A DNA stretch of 63,449 nt, the filler included, from Salisapilia sapeloensis CBS 127946 (Eukaryota; Protista; Oomycota): NCBI GenBank assembly GCA_023334545.1. It is 8 parts of 8 records of this genome, joined end to end, with 100 filler letters (N's around TTAATTAATTAA, not from the genome) between each part and the next. Parts side by side here need not be neighbours in the genome. Positions count along the whole stretch, not along the records: positions 1 to 2,953 come from JAADVB010000808.1; positions 3,054 to 8,240 come from JAADVB010000632.1; positions 8,341 to 10,162 come from JAADVB010001033.1; positions 10,263 to 30,865 come from JAADVB010000296.1; 4 more parts are not named here. One strand, given 5' to 3'. Below the pieces are notes generated by a model. That model was not told the DNA's origin, did not search any database, and saw nothing but the letters and a program-made list of their open reading frames with translations. The position numbers and the translations under genes are program-made. Within the stretch, counting starts at the first letter, position 1, and every line of letters begins with the position of its first letter. This document shows, one piece after another, positions 1 through 10,627 of this stretch.

Positions 1-141
1 ACGTACACCAGGGCTTCCGCGACGTCGATGGCCATCTCCACTTTCTCCGGCGTCCACTGTCGAGGCACCTCGGGCGACCTCAAGTAGTTTCTCAGGTCTC
101 CATTGTCCATGTACTCAAACAGCGCCTGGACATTCGCTTCC
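1..141. repeat. 141-nt terminal inverted repeat of contig 1, left copy
   Basis: Exact reverse complement of 2813-2953; identity stops at position 142. Confidence 0.95.
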
Positions 142-1897
142 GTCGTCCAAGCTGCTCCAAAGAGGCGGACGATCTTGGGGTGGTCCAAATAGGAGGAAAT
201 CTTGATTTCCTCGACAAAGGCATGGAGCTTGCTCGTGTTCATGTGATCCTGGAGAAGCCTTTTGGAGGCGTAATAGTCCAAGTTTTTGTACTGCACGAGC
301 CACACCTCAGCAAAGGCACCTTTGCCGATACAACGGACGTCGTGGATATCTTCATACTGCAATTGCAAGTTTAGTTTCTCATCCTTTGTCCAGAGAGAGT
401 GATTTTCACTCGACTGTCGGTGGAGCTGATAGTGCAGTTGCGTATTGGAGGCAGTTTCAGTCGCCTTCTTCTCCGTATTCCGCTTCTTACGCATGACAAA
501 TGCGACGATAGCGAGGACAAGGACAGCCGCGACGGTCGGTAGAGCGATATACAAGGCACTGCTGGAAGTATTCTCATTTGCCTGCTCAGCAGCCGATAAA
601 TCATTCACTTGAGACTGTGCAAGACTTCCATCCATACTACCGTCTCCATCTTCTTTAGCTGCGACAGCATCTGGAATGATGCATAACTTTATCTTGGAAT
701 TCAATGGCTTCTCAGTGTAATTGCATGCCGGGGGCTGTATATCTGTGTCCATCTCAAACGTTTGCAGCTTGGAGAGGACGTCAAAGGTATCTTGCGAAAC
801 ATCGAGGTTCGTGATAGGATTGTCAGTTAAGTACCTACGTAGACAGTTACAAAAAGCTCACAAGTAGATTAGATCCTTGTACGTACAATTCCTGTAAGCT
901 GGACATCTTGGAAATGGACAGAGGGATGGAAGTCAAGTTGTTGTCGTTCAAATACCTACAAAGCATTAGTGACGGATACGACCGTAGTGATCGAGGAGGA
1001 CTTACAGAATTGTCAGACTTGGAAACGATGCTCGGAAGCTAGTCAAGTTGTTGGACGATAAACTGAGCAGGGTAATGCTCTTACTGGAAGATGACTCGGG
1101 AAAGCTTGTCAGGTAGTTGTTAGGCAGATACAGCTTCGAAAGCCCGTCGATATCTGTCATGTTGTCAGGAGCTTTGGACAAGAGGCAGTTCTGAACCGCA
1201 AGCTTTGTCATGGAAGGCGGTGCAATGGCAGCAAAATTCGGAACGTCTTTCGAGAAATCCAGGTTGGAAAACGTGAGGACTTCCACTTCATTGGAGCCCT
1301 TAAATAAGTCGTCCTTGATAGACACCTTTGATGCCTTCCCCATGACATACGTAGTGACATCAGAGCCACCATAGATGTACCTACATATTAATCGTAAGCT
1401 TCAAGTGGGAACGAATACAGATGCGAGACGTACAAAGCGGAGACAGCGCTAGACAACTTGAGTCCTTGAATGCCAGTCAGATAATCGTTGTTAACGTGCG
1501 GGTGGTACCCGTCGGTTGATGCAGGAAGTTCACTGACGGGGTTGCGCCACCAGTTTTCTGACGAGAGTTTCTCCTCTACATTCGTTTTGTACTCCCCGAA
1601 CGGAACGAAGAAGGTGAAATAATTGTAGTGACCAGGATTGACGCATTGGTACTGGCATCCATTGGACGTCACTTCAGTGCAGCTCGAGAGCGAGTCCTGG
1701 GTGATATTTGCTCCATTCATGTAGCAAGCATTATTCGATGCCTCTGGTTCGTACGCAACGCACAACCAGCCATCTTTACACTCGCCCTTGCAGTCGGATG
1801 TGAGCGTGTTCAATGGCTCATCGCATCCTGCCTTGGCTCCGGGTGCCATGAGAAGCGTGAATAAGAATAAGAAAAGGGCAGAGCGTCTCATCGGCAT
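1..1897 (-). CDS. LRR receptor-like kinase (TKL family), 3'-truncated at window start
   Basis: Signal peptide MPMRRSALFLFLFTLLMAPGAKA, Cys-rich N-terminus, LRRs (LYLPNNYLTSFP, LYLNDNNLTSIP, LYLTDNPITNL), TM ALYIALPTVAAVLVLAIVAFVMRKKR, kinase IGKGAFAEVW..YASKRL..EEIK..QALFEYMDNGDLR. Phase-2 GT-AG introns at 1381-1433, 956-1005 and 835-886 restore the frame. Confidence 0.9.
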
Positions 1898-2812
1898 ATT
1901 TCGGAGAGAACTGTGTTAATGCTGCAAATTGTGATGTTGAGACGCTTTTGCTTGTCATCTGGTCCGAGCAGGTTGGGTTGACAGCTTTTGAGATGGGTAC
2001 ACCCTCGTACCGACATCCGCGATTGGCGAGTTCTACTTTTACCTGCCAATGGTAATCTTGCACTCCTGTCGTGTTTAGTTACCATGCATCCTTTCCAGCC
2101 GAAAGAAGAGTGTTCAGACTTTTGTTTGACCTTGCACGAAGTTGTACACCTATGCGTTTTGCCAGAGGGAGTGAGATGTCTGCGAAACTTGTGTTCAATT
2201 GCAGAGACAAATCTACTGAAAGGCAATCACATCAAGGGCAGACATGTTGGACGGTCCATGAAGAATGGATCTTGAGACGGATGTAAAGCTCGATCGTCAA
2301 ATTCATCATTTTGGCTAAGTAGCTAATAATGCACCGGTAAGTCTAATATATGTCTTACTTTGACTAAGTTTCCAACCAGTATTGAATATCTCTGCTTTTA
2401 AAAGAATACGATGAAGATGCGAAGAATAGTCGGCGACTCCTCTATTTAATCTAGCTGGCAATGCCTAGCATGCACGTGACATCCCAGAATGGTGTGTTTA
2501 ATGCGCTGGCTCCTAATTGCGACAGCTATTGCAGCAATTCAGATTGTTACTCGGGGTCGTTAACGACGCTGGCGTAAATGATACGGACTTCTACGCAGAT
2601 CACAATGCTGCTGATTATTTATTGACAACTTCGTATCTGACGTAAGACTACTATTGCCAGCATCAATGCCTTTCAGATCTGGCAAGGAGTGCAAACAGTA
2701 TCATCTTCTAGCAAGCTGGATCCTCGAATGTTCTACGGAGCGTTATTAAAAGCGACTCTAAGCATACTATCACCAAAGCAACTCTTAGCCGCTCCACAGT
2801 ACTTCAATTGTA

Positions 2813-2953
2813 GGAAGCGAATGTCCAGGCGCTGTTTGAGTACATGGACAATGGAGACCTGAGAAACTACTTGAGGTCGCCCGAGGTGCCTCGACAGTGG
2901 ACGCCGGAGAAAGTGGAGATGGCCATCGACGTCGCGGAAGCCCTGGTGTACGT
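2813..2953. repeat. 141-nt terminal inverted repeat of contig 1, right copy (kinase fragment EANVQALFEYMD...ALVYV on + strand)
   Basis: Exact reverse complement of 1-141. Confidence 0.95.
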
Positions 2954-3053
2954 NNNNNNNNNNNNNNNNNNNNNNNNNNNNNNNNNNNNNNNNNNNNTTA
3001 ATTAATTAANNNNNNNNNNNNNNNNNNNNNNNNNNNNNNNNNNNNNNNNNNNN
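2954..3053. other. Artificial contig linker
   Basis: 44 N + TTAATTAATTAA (stop codons in all six frames) + 44 N. Confidence 0.97.
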
Positions 3054-3576
3054 GCTTCTTATAGCCCAAGGACTTGCAACTATCAATAATACCATTTAAA
3101 GTTGCACTAATAACAGCACAGGTACTACTTAGAGCAGTCTTCGCTTCCTTTGTTTGACGCAAGCCAGCTCGATGAACTGTTCTGTAACCTCCTGTAAACG
3201 TACCATCAGTATTTATATTAGCAGTACTATAGTGCTCAAGGGCTTCGATGAGTGGAACAGCTTCGAATGAACAGCCACGCGGCATGCATGTGATCAAGCG
3301 ATCCGTATACGGAACATCACTATCCCCCACAATGGGCATTGGACCGCTTTCAGTGTTTCCACCGACAACACCGTAATAACTGCTTTCGGTACTGCTCCAA
3401 ACTATAGTAAGCAATTCAGAGCACACGAGGAAAATGACTAGGCTCAACGCCAAAGAGTTTAATATGTCCGCACAGATGCTCCATTTTGAGCTTCGTGAGT
3501 GACGAGCTCTGTTCGAGTTCTGTTTATTGATATCAGGTCTGTTATAGTCCTTTGGGCCTTCATTCGCGACCTTCAT
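3054..3576 (-). CDS. Uncharacterised transmembrane protein, 3'-truncated
   Basis: ORF open into the linker; hydrophobic segment ILNSLALSLVIFLVCSELLTIVW followed by a Cys-containing region. Confidence 0.55.
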
Positions 3577-3978
3577 CCCAGCACCCTAGAAACTAGCTTA
3601 ATACAGTTAGCTGATAGCAACTACCGAATGAACGCTGAAAAGGTAGCCCAAGTGCACAATGCACCGACAGTTCTGCTACGAAACTGCCATTGATAAGGCA
3701 CCGAAATTGGATGCTAGAAAGTCACCAGGCGTAACCTTTTCGTCGACCAAAATAAAATGAAAGATGCACCCTTCAGTACAAGATAATAAGGAAATGCTAT
3801 TGCTTTTTGCTTTAGCCATATCGCTTTGAAAGCGTAAATTAACCTAGATTCATTCACCAGGAGAAACATACGATGCAAGATAGACTTTCAACTGCAAACA
3901 AGAGAACATATAGATGCGATAATCATGCCGACGGGACGTATTTGAATGCACATTTTATCCTTGCGAACGGTGGGATGG

Positions 3979-4443
3979 CTACATGGGTCGGCAAGGAGCA
4001 CAGCATGCCTCTTCGATCCTTTCCTCTCGTCTATCTACTTGTGGAGCTTGCTTAGCTGGACTTGGACGTGTGACTGGCGACACGGTCGTCTCTGCGTTCA
4101 GCATCGGATGGCTTCGTTTCTGTGTCACGTATTGAGCGTTAATCGCGTCTGCGTTCGGAACGATCGGATTGCTCTGAGAGTCTGTGTAATTCGTGTTCAC
4201 AGGCACATGTCCTTGCCTCGCAGTAGATCCGATGGACCCTGTGTCGGACGACGCGACACGAGACCGCCTGCCACCCAAGTCACTCCCAGTCGACACAGAC
4301 GGTCGACGACCACTGTCCGTGGCTTTGGTGTCGAACGTGATCGAGTAGCGAGTCGTACTGTAGTCCGTATAATGGGAGCTCGAGACGTCGCTGACGTTCT
4401 CCCACGCTTCACTAGGTCGAATGAACATTTCGGATGATCGCAC
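3979..4443 (-). CDS. Small Ser/Thr-rich protein with Cys-rich C-terminus (possible lipidation); start uncertain
   Basis: 154-aa low-complexity ORF ending EEACCAPCRPM-stop; track start is GTG, so an upstream exon or the internal ATG may be the true start. Confidence 0.5.
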   Translation of the reverse strand: MRSSEMFIRPSEAWENVSDVSSSHYTDYSTTRYSITFDTKATDSGRRPSVSTGSDLGGRRSRVASSDTGSIGSTARQGHVPVNTNYTDSQSNPIVPNADAINAQYVTQKRSHPMLNAETTVSPVTRPSPAKQAPQVDRREERIEEACCAPCRPM

Positions 4444-5309
4444 GCCCTCAGGTTGGTACTGACGTGTGTTTAGACCCTAGTGTAGGAAACAGGTTTAGTT
4501 TAGACAAGGGAAAACATGAATAAAGTGGATGTACCTCGAGCCATCGCTGGGCCTCTGAAGCATTCTCTGCCTATTCCAAGTACATTGTGTTCATACAAGC
4601 AACAGGTAGGGTAGTACGGATGGAAGATACCTTTAGTAAATAGGACTGTTCTCCGATAATGATATAAAACTCTCGACGGGCGGGGTCGTCGTCATTTGGA
4701 CGAATATCAGTCGTTCGCCACAGGTCGATACAAGCCAGCATTTTGTCACTGTCGTGTTTCTAGTCCATTCCAAACACATAAATTCATTAGTACCGATATC
4801 TCTGATCCATGCAGCTCTTTAAATGAGAATATACCTTGTAGTACGTGAGGTAGTGTGTCGTAGCTTCAAAATACCGACGCTGCCATCGGTCTTTCCTCGA
4901 TTTTTTCCGCAAGTATCCTACGAAAAGCATTGAAAATTGGTTGAGGTCGAGAAGACACCTATACAATGTATATGCGGTTACCTTTCAGCTCGGGGTGTTC
5001 CATATCGGCTTCTCCTCGTCACGTAAAGCGTGTAAATAACGTCTCTCAAGCCTCCAATTGGATTTGGTTCGAGTCGAGTTTCTGTACTTGGTGTTAGTAT
5101 GGAGTGCACCCATTGTCCTTGAAAACAGTAATGCAGCGGCATGTGGATTTTGTATGTAATTTCTCTCGGACGTGAGACACCTGTCCAATTACGATGGGAA
5201 TCGTATTGGAAGTCTAGCAGCGAATGTACACCTTGGTAAGAGCAAAATAAGCGATGCAAAAATCATTAGGGAGCGCAAAGGCTATAGGTCATCCTCGTGG
5301 ATACATTTT

Positions 5310-6558
5310 CTATAGTTTATTTCGGTTCTTGAATAGGAAACGAGCGGTCGCTTTCGCGGTCGTCAGACAGTTATCGAAACCAGATCCGAGGATGGCATCA
5401 TTGGCGATTAGGATCGGTGGATGGCGCGATACAGTTACCATCGGTTCCTTTTCCTTGACGTCGTGCGCATCGGAAAACCGTTGGTGCACCTGCGATATTT
5501 GCCATGGCTGAAGTAACTTGTCTTTTGGTGATGGAAGATCAGGTAGCACTTGTTTCACAGCGCGCTGGATCTCTTGCAAAACTTCTTCCTCCGACCTCTT
5601 CTCTTTTATCTGTTGCATACCGTATCCTACGCTCGTATGCACTAGCAACGAGTAAAACGTTTCCTCTCCTTTCTGTTTTTTGACGTTATCCCAACTGATG
5701 TACCGAACGATCGGGTTTCCATCGACGTACTTGCCGGTAAAACCCAAGCTGTCGACGATGGACGAGATGGATGCGTCGAATAGAAAGCCAGCAGCAAACC
5801 GTTGCGAATAGCTGACGTGCTCGAATCGAGACAAGTCGTTCTGATCTACCTCCAGAGGACTCTTGTCGAGGATTGACAATAGCTACATACACTTTCTTTA
5901 GCCACCAGATGTAGATTGTGGGGATAGTATCACGCGGTAAGTTACCGATGGAGTTGGGCATGTGAGTACGAGGTGGTCGATGGTGATCTCTTGCTCGTTG
6001 GCAGCAATTGCCCTAATTTTATCACCGGTAACCTTGAATTGAGAGAGCGTCGTGTTGTAGCTGACGCTTGCTCCTATCCATTATACGTCAATTTCCATTG
6101 CAATAATAAATGGCAAGCAGACAGTACCCTGCAACAGGTACTCGATCATGTGTTGAAAGCCAAACGCATGAGGACTCACTGCCGATTGTACAGCGACATT
6201 TTGAATCGTCTCGGAGCCGGATGTGTTGTGGATTGATGCTTCGTCAAATGGTACTAGCTCACCAGCTTGGAGAAGCATGCTACGGATATCTTCGTGTTCC
6301 GCAGACTTAGTACTCAGGTACTGCGCCCCAACATCAACTGCAATGTCAGGATGATTCGGAAACGGTCTATACGCTACATGAGACTTGTGCTTATTCATCC
6401 TATACAAAATGACTGTACTTGGCCACCATTCGACCGCCCGCACGCGCATCTTGTTCCCATACGATCACTTCTTCCTTTTGGTCGTCTCGCTTTGCTTGAA
6501 AGATCTGGTGGGCTACTGCAGCACCACTAAGCCCTGCTCCGATGATCAGCGTGACCAT
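5310..6558 (-). CDS. RNLS: Renalase-like FAD-dependent oxidoreductase (4 exons)
   Basis: Spliced model: MVTLIIGAGLSGAAVA (GxGxxG), VWEQDARAGGRM, DVGAQY, LVLTCPTP, YSQRFAAGFLF, IVRYISWDN, WQISQV, ILIANDAILGSGFDNCL. Confidence 0.85.
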
Positions 6559-7390
6559 TTCGAATCGATCTACGACCTAATAATCGGATGATCGATTGGA
6601 TTCTCGTGTCTCATTTACAAATCAGATTCATTTTGGTAAAGCATATAGTACAGCAGTTTTATTCGCATTATTTTATCGGAACACGATAAAAATTCTTTTC
6701 AATTTAAAGTGCTTTTTCAAAAAAATTGCTAGGTTTCCGTATTTTACTGTGCTGCGAGATCGCTACGACTTCGTACGCGATGCATGGTTGCTAACGAGCT
6801 GCTTTCCAGACTTCTATTCATAGTCATCGCCTATGTCTCTTGACTTTATCGCGTTTTGATCTTTTTTATCATACATTGCCTAATTTCAAGCTTAAATACT
6901 CTACAGAAGAGTTTTATTTTGCTCTCATCATCTCTTTAAAGGAGCTGTTTTGATTTAGCTCACTCATCTACTTGTCAAGCAAGTATGAACCGAAAGCCTA
7001 AGTTCAAGTCTTTGCTATGTGACTAACTCTCACTCAGCATGAGTGCCAAGCTATCGTCTCACCACGGCTAACCTATTCCAAGTTTCACATGTGACTTCGC
7101 CGCTATCACCCAATATCCTTGATGACCTAAAAAGCTAAAAAGCTTTCTTGACCGCAATCAGTCGAATCGTAGATCTGTCGTCAGCCCTTACAGATTGATG
7201 GAGGCTAGAAATGTGCAGTATCTGCATCTTCTAAACTTCAAGTAGAGAGAGCTTGCTGGACTCATGCCATGAAGAGCAGCTACAGTGCTTTACGACTATA
7301 GTTATATCGACAACGGATAGAAGCAGTAGCATTGCTTTCAAAATTGTAATAAGAAACTTGTATTTGCACAATCGCTACCCTCCCGTGTGA

Positions 7391-8240
7391 TCATACCAAT
7401 GCCTCCCTGTACTCACTTACTGGGACGTCGCTGTATGACTTTGTAAATGGATGGCGCTGCCTTGTACCTGATGCAGTGATCACCATCTGCCGAAGCAGCT
7501 CTGTCTGCTCTTGCAACGTATCGTGGATACTTCTCGTATCTGCTGGCTTTCCATTCGAGAGTACGGTAGGAACTTCCAACGTTGATTTGCTCGGAAACTC
7601 GGCATAAATCTCTCCCTCCATCGTATTCGATCGAGTAAGCTCGTCCTCCGTGAAAAAGTCAGAGCAGAATGTGTCTCGAGATAAAGAACCAACGCCATCC
7701 TTCTCGCCATTTCGAGGACGCATCAAATTCGAGTCGATGGACATCGTTTCGTCATCATCGATCGCAATGTTCCTTTGAGACCGAACGTTTTCATCGACTA
7801 GATCGTCCAGTGTCATCGCAAAGTCTTCTGTGCTGGATACCACACTAATGCTGTCGAATTCACCCTTGGTACTCGCCAAAGATCGCTGCATCGCAAATGC
7901 TTGATCTCCATCGTTCCCGAAACTCCAATGCTTTTTGCTTCTATCACAAGCAGAACCCTCGGCATCTGGGTAGGTGGCGCCTCGTCTAGGCCTGTAGTTC
8001 CCATTCCACACAAGTAGTTGAGCGCTCTTACCAGCGACGTTAGTCTCTGGTAAGAGGTTCTCTGGCCGAGAAACAACGTCGTTGCCATACTTGGGTGTGA
8101 ATCTCGAGTAGGACGAAGTTTCCGAATGCGTCTCCTTCTCGCGCAACTTGGTCATGCACAGCACGCAGCACTTGATTTTAGAGATAGTAAAGTTCTTTGC
8201 ATCCTCGTGCTTGTCCAATTGGGTCTGTGATCGGAACGCC
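7391..8240 (-). CDS. C-terminal part of an uncharacterised protein, 5'-truncated (CCxxC may be the end of a FYVE-like finger)
   Basis: Frame open from contig edge 8240 to stop at 7391; KCCVLCM followed by a long Ser/Asp-rich tail. Confidence 0.55.
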
Positions 8241-8340
8241 NNNNNNNNNNNNNNNNNNNNNNNNNNNNNNNNNNNNNNNNNNNNTTAATTAATTAANNNN
8301 NNNNNNNNNNNNNNNNNNNNNNNNNNNNNNNNNNNNNNNN
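8241..8340. other. Artificial contig linker
   Basis: 44 N + TTAATTAATTAA + 44 N. Confidence 0.97.
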
Positions 8341-10162
8341 AAAAGCAGGGTCGCTACGAGATGAACCTTGCTTGGTCATTTCGTGGAAGTAGTACTGGAT
8401 CTGCGCGGCAGTCGGACGATCTTCTGGACTATTTGAGAGACACTTGTCGGCTAATGACCGGATCGACTTCGGACACGACTCTGCTACCGACGGACGAATG
8501 CTGCCTGAGGATATCCTATTCGCGAGAGACAGCACGCTTCCCGCATGGCTGTCGTCTCGAACAAGATCATAGTACGGAAGCTCATGCGTCGACAGCTCTG
8601 TCAGTATGACGCCGAACGAGTACACATCACATGCCTCCGTGTAGTGTCCATCCCCTCTAAGAATCTCCGGAGCCAGCCAGCGCACTGTCCCCACGCCTTC
8701 GACTGTCATCGTTTTAATATCGTGCTCTCGAGCAGTCCCAAAGTCACTCAGCTTTGCCACCATCGACGCACTCAACAAAACGTTGAGAGACTTGAGGTCT
8801 CGATGCAGTAGTGGGGGGATGAACGAATGGACGTATACGAGTGCCTTGATGATGTCAAACCCAATATGAAACTTTTCATCACTCCATCCCGGACGAGAGG
8901 AAGCTCCCTGGAGGTAGCTTCGCAAATCTCCATTCTCCATGTACTCGAACAGCGCCTGGAAGTCGGAGCGTTTAGTCCATGCAGCTCCGACGAGTGTCAC
9001 GATATTCGGATGCTCGAGTGTGGCCACGAGTTTGATTTCCTCGATGAAGTTCTGGATCTCTTCCGCATTCCTCTTGCTTTCGCGCAGCCGTTTAGAAGCG
9101 TAGAAATCGTTACGATACTCGACCAAGTATACGATGCCGAATGCTCCTCCACCAAGCTTCCGGACGTCACGAATGTCGTCAACATTCAATTGGATATTAG
9201 CCAGTTGCTGGTCATTCCAAATCGAGTATTTTGCTTCCTCGTTGCCTCCTTTTCCGGCTTGGGATATTGGTGAGCTGACTTCTACGTAGCTCAGAGAACG
9301 TGTATTCGTCGGGCTGTCTCGCTTTCGTCGCTTTAGGTAAAAGCAGAGGAAGATGCCAGCGAAGACAACGACGACGATGATGGGGACGACTATATAGATG
9401 ACGGTGGCTGACGACATACCGCCCTCTTCTTCTGTGTCAGTGTCATTCAATTCTTCGGTAGCAGGGTCGGTGGTTGCGGGAGATGATGTTGTGTCATTTT
9501 TGTCATCTTGACTCAACGTAGCTTTGTCACTGACGCAAACTTCAAAATAGTACTGTCTAGCGTAGCGAAGCTCTCCATTTGGACAATCAAGTCTAGGATT
9601 TTCAATATCAATAGTTGGTCGTAAAGTGGTTGCGTTCAGCGCTTCGTAGAGCGCAGGAGACACAGTTGGATCCGCGACTTTGCTGTAGCTTATATCCCTA
9701 CGCACAGACTCATGTCAAAAATTTTGTACCATCCCCAACTAAGGAAGCTATTCGTACAACTCGACGAGATTGGGCATATCGGCTATGGCTTCAGGGATCC
9801 TCTCCAATGGATTACCAGCTAAAAATCTGCACGCATAGCGTTAGGATTTTGTCAAGCTATTTGGTATGAGGGTAACCCACAGATATTGGAGATTGGTAAA
9901 CTCGCCTTCGAGAGTTTCCAAATTATTACCACGTATATCACTACAGGTAGATCAGACTTGTCAGTTCACTAAATGACATGATCGAAGAGATAGATACTTA
10001 CAGTTGGCGAAGATTGTTTACCGCCATCTTTGCAGGATAATTTGTGATGTTGTTTCCATTTAGGTCACTATTCAACGCTTTCGTGAGATATGTAGTCATT
10101 TGAAGTATGGAGATGAACCCACAGTCTCTCTAGATAAGTTGCTTGCGATATATCCGGCACTT
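8341..10162 (-). CDS. LRR receptor-like kinase (TKL family), truncated at both contig ends
   Basis: LRR micro-exons 10002-10067 (DLNGNNITNYP), 9881-9940 (DIRGNNLETL), 9758-9826 (FLAGNPLERIP), then large exon from 9697 with TM VIYIVVPIIVVVVFAGIFLCFYLKRRK and full kinase (GGGAFG, ASK, HRDLKSLN, DFG, WLAPE, DVYSFG). Confidence 0.92.
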
Positions 10163-10262
10163 NNNNNNNNNNNNNNNNNNNNNNNNNNNNNNNNNNNNNN
10201 NNNNNNTTAATTAATTAANNNNNNNNNNNNNNNNNNNNNNNNNNNNNNNNNNNNNNNNNNNN
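10163..10262. other. Artificial contig linker
   Basis: 44 N + TTAATTAATTAA + 44 N. Confidence 0.97.
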
Positions 10263-10433
10263 CTCATTGTTGAGTGCAGCGTAATTGGCCGAGGCAGCCT
10301 TTGGAGCGTACATCATGTTACAGTTGCCGTCCATCGGAGCGCCCAGCGTGTAAGCCGTACCATCTCCAGAAAACGTTTCTGCATTGACTGCTGCCAAGGA
10401 TGCTGCAATGAGCAGCGAAGTTACCAACGCCAT
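10263..10433 (-). CDS. Secreted expansin-like (DPBB) protein, N-terminus only
   Basis: Signal peptide MALVTSLLIAASLAAVNA, then FSGDGTAY..GNC....YAALN, typical of the expansin/RlpA-like domain start; runs into the linker. Confidence 0.75.
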
Positions 10434-10627
10434 CCTGTTGAGTCTTTGGCGGAGAAAAGAGGAATGGAAGAGGGAACGAACGGGATGAGTACAATCCAAA
10501 GCGATATAGTGGGTCATTTCCCTTAAACCATCCGGATCGTTGGACAGGCACGATGTCTGCGTACACAGCCACCTGTTCTTTCGGACCAGCTCAAAGTTTC
10601 TCGATTACGCTCTTTACCTCTCGAAAT

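Noticed and set aside
2998-3009. TTAATTAATTAA palindrome repeated seven times, like a regulatory, CRISPR or att repeat
   Set aside because: Always centred in exactly 44+44 N; an artificial all-frame-stop linker.
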